From contig NC_069004.1 of NCBI RefSeq assembly GCF_001194135.2, positions 15,615,310 through 15,679,309 on the forward strand: DNA of 64,000 nt. The letters are read 5' to 3'. Positions within the stretch are counted from its first letter, which is position 1, and each line of letters begins with the position of its first letter. The notes beneath the pieces are model-generated. The model made no database searches and was not told the origin of the DNA. It saw only the letters and a list, made by a program, of their open reading frames with translations. The stretch comes from Octopus bimaculoides (Eukaryota). The position numbers were made by a program, and so were the translations under genes. Positions 63,074 through 64,000 of the stretch are shown piece after piece.

Positions 63074-63615
63074 ATAAAAGAGGACTATGCAAGTACAATA
63101 TTTAACTCCCGTCTTATTGTGTTTGGTATGAATCGAGATGGCACACCAATGGAGGAAATCCATAGTGAAGAAGACCAAAATCAGAAGAAGACCAAATCAG
63201 AAGAAGACCAAAATCAGAGATCCCAAACCTCTTGTGATCTGTCTGACACAGATACATCATCCAAGTCAAATGCCAGTTCTCCGGACTGTGACAAGTCTCT
63301 TTTAGACAATTCACCATCTTCAACAATTGATAGTGATATCAGCCTCCCAGAAAGAGATTCAGGCAACAACAATCCGGAGCTACCAACTTTCTCTAGAACT
63401 GTTTCCAAAGAGAACACTGGCGCTGAGGTGGTATTCTACCCAGATACTGAGGGAACAATAGACTTAGAGGAACGACTTCGAGAGTTGATAATTTCCCTGT
63501 TCTTTGTGCTGGAGGGCAAGCGGCTGGATCGTTCCTTCGAAAGAACAGAGAAACTACAGATGTTGTGTGCACCATTTGAGAAACGAGATCTTCAAGGAAT
63601 TGATACAGACAGCAA
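63074..63615 (+). CDS. TRAPPC9: TRAPPC9 second coding exon (IKEDYASTIFNSRLIVFGM...SLFFVLEGKRLDR...LCAPFEKRDLQGIDTDS); gene continues beyond the window
   Basis: tttcAG acceptor, in frame with the previous exon; conserved SLFxVLExKRLDR and PFEK motifs; donor GTAAGT at 63616. Confidence 0.93.
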
Positions 63616-63829
63616 GTAAGTTCTTTATGCACATACTCTTTACTGTTTCCTGTCTGTCTTGATATAAGATTTTCTGGGTAGGGAATACTGATGGGGTTGG
63701 GGGCATGGATATACTTCTTGCAGAGAAATAGGTTGATAAGGTAATCGAGGTAATCAGAGTCTATGATAGAATACTTAAGCTTAGATTAGTGCTGCAACGC
63801 GGATTATCTCATTATCTCAGCTTATGTCC

Positions 63830-64000
63830 CTCAGCCAGGGCTACCTGATGAACAGAAAGACTGATTTTTTTACGACACCCTCTTGCAGACTATCTTGTTG
63901 ACGAATGACAGGGACCTTCTCTTTGTGACTGGCGACTTCAATGGGCATGTTGGACAACATGCAGGGGGATTCCATGGTGTACATGGTAGCTCTGAATTTG
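63830..64000 (+). mobile_element. RTE-clade endonuclease fragment in a TRAPPC9 intron
   Basis: YVPQPGLPDEQK..FYDTLLQ, FVTGDFNGHVGQHAGGFHG; same family as 55305-57215. Confidence 0.8.

Overview
AT-rich, repeat-dense eukaryotic (metazoan) DNA with seven N-gaps. The SINE, microsatellite and LINE content looks cephalopod (Octopus-like); that is an inference. The + strand carries the complete coding region of transcription elongation factor SPT5: 26 coding exons, 3248-41103, 3237 nt, about 1078 aa, with all intron phases consistent. It includes one U12-type (minor spliceosome) GT-AG intron and one GC-AG intron. At the right end are the first two coding exons of TRAPPC9 (62287-63615), which continues beyond the window. 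The rest is tRNA-derived SINEs, fragments of R4/Dong, CRE, RTE and Tx1/L1 LINEs, a decayed mariner, hAT- and TTAA-type MITEs and minisatellites. The main second-look items are a hammerhead-ribozyme-like motif with non-canonical strand order (minus strand, about 35140-35220), a degenerate retrozyme-like unit (about 52460-52980), the U12 intron, a 53-bp intronic hairpin and a retroposon inserted in a tRNA B box. No CRISPR, rRNA or true tRNA gene was seen. All homology calls come from hand translation and recall, not database searches.
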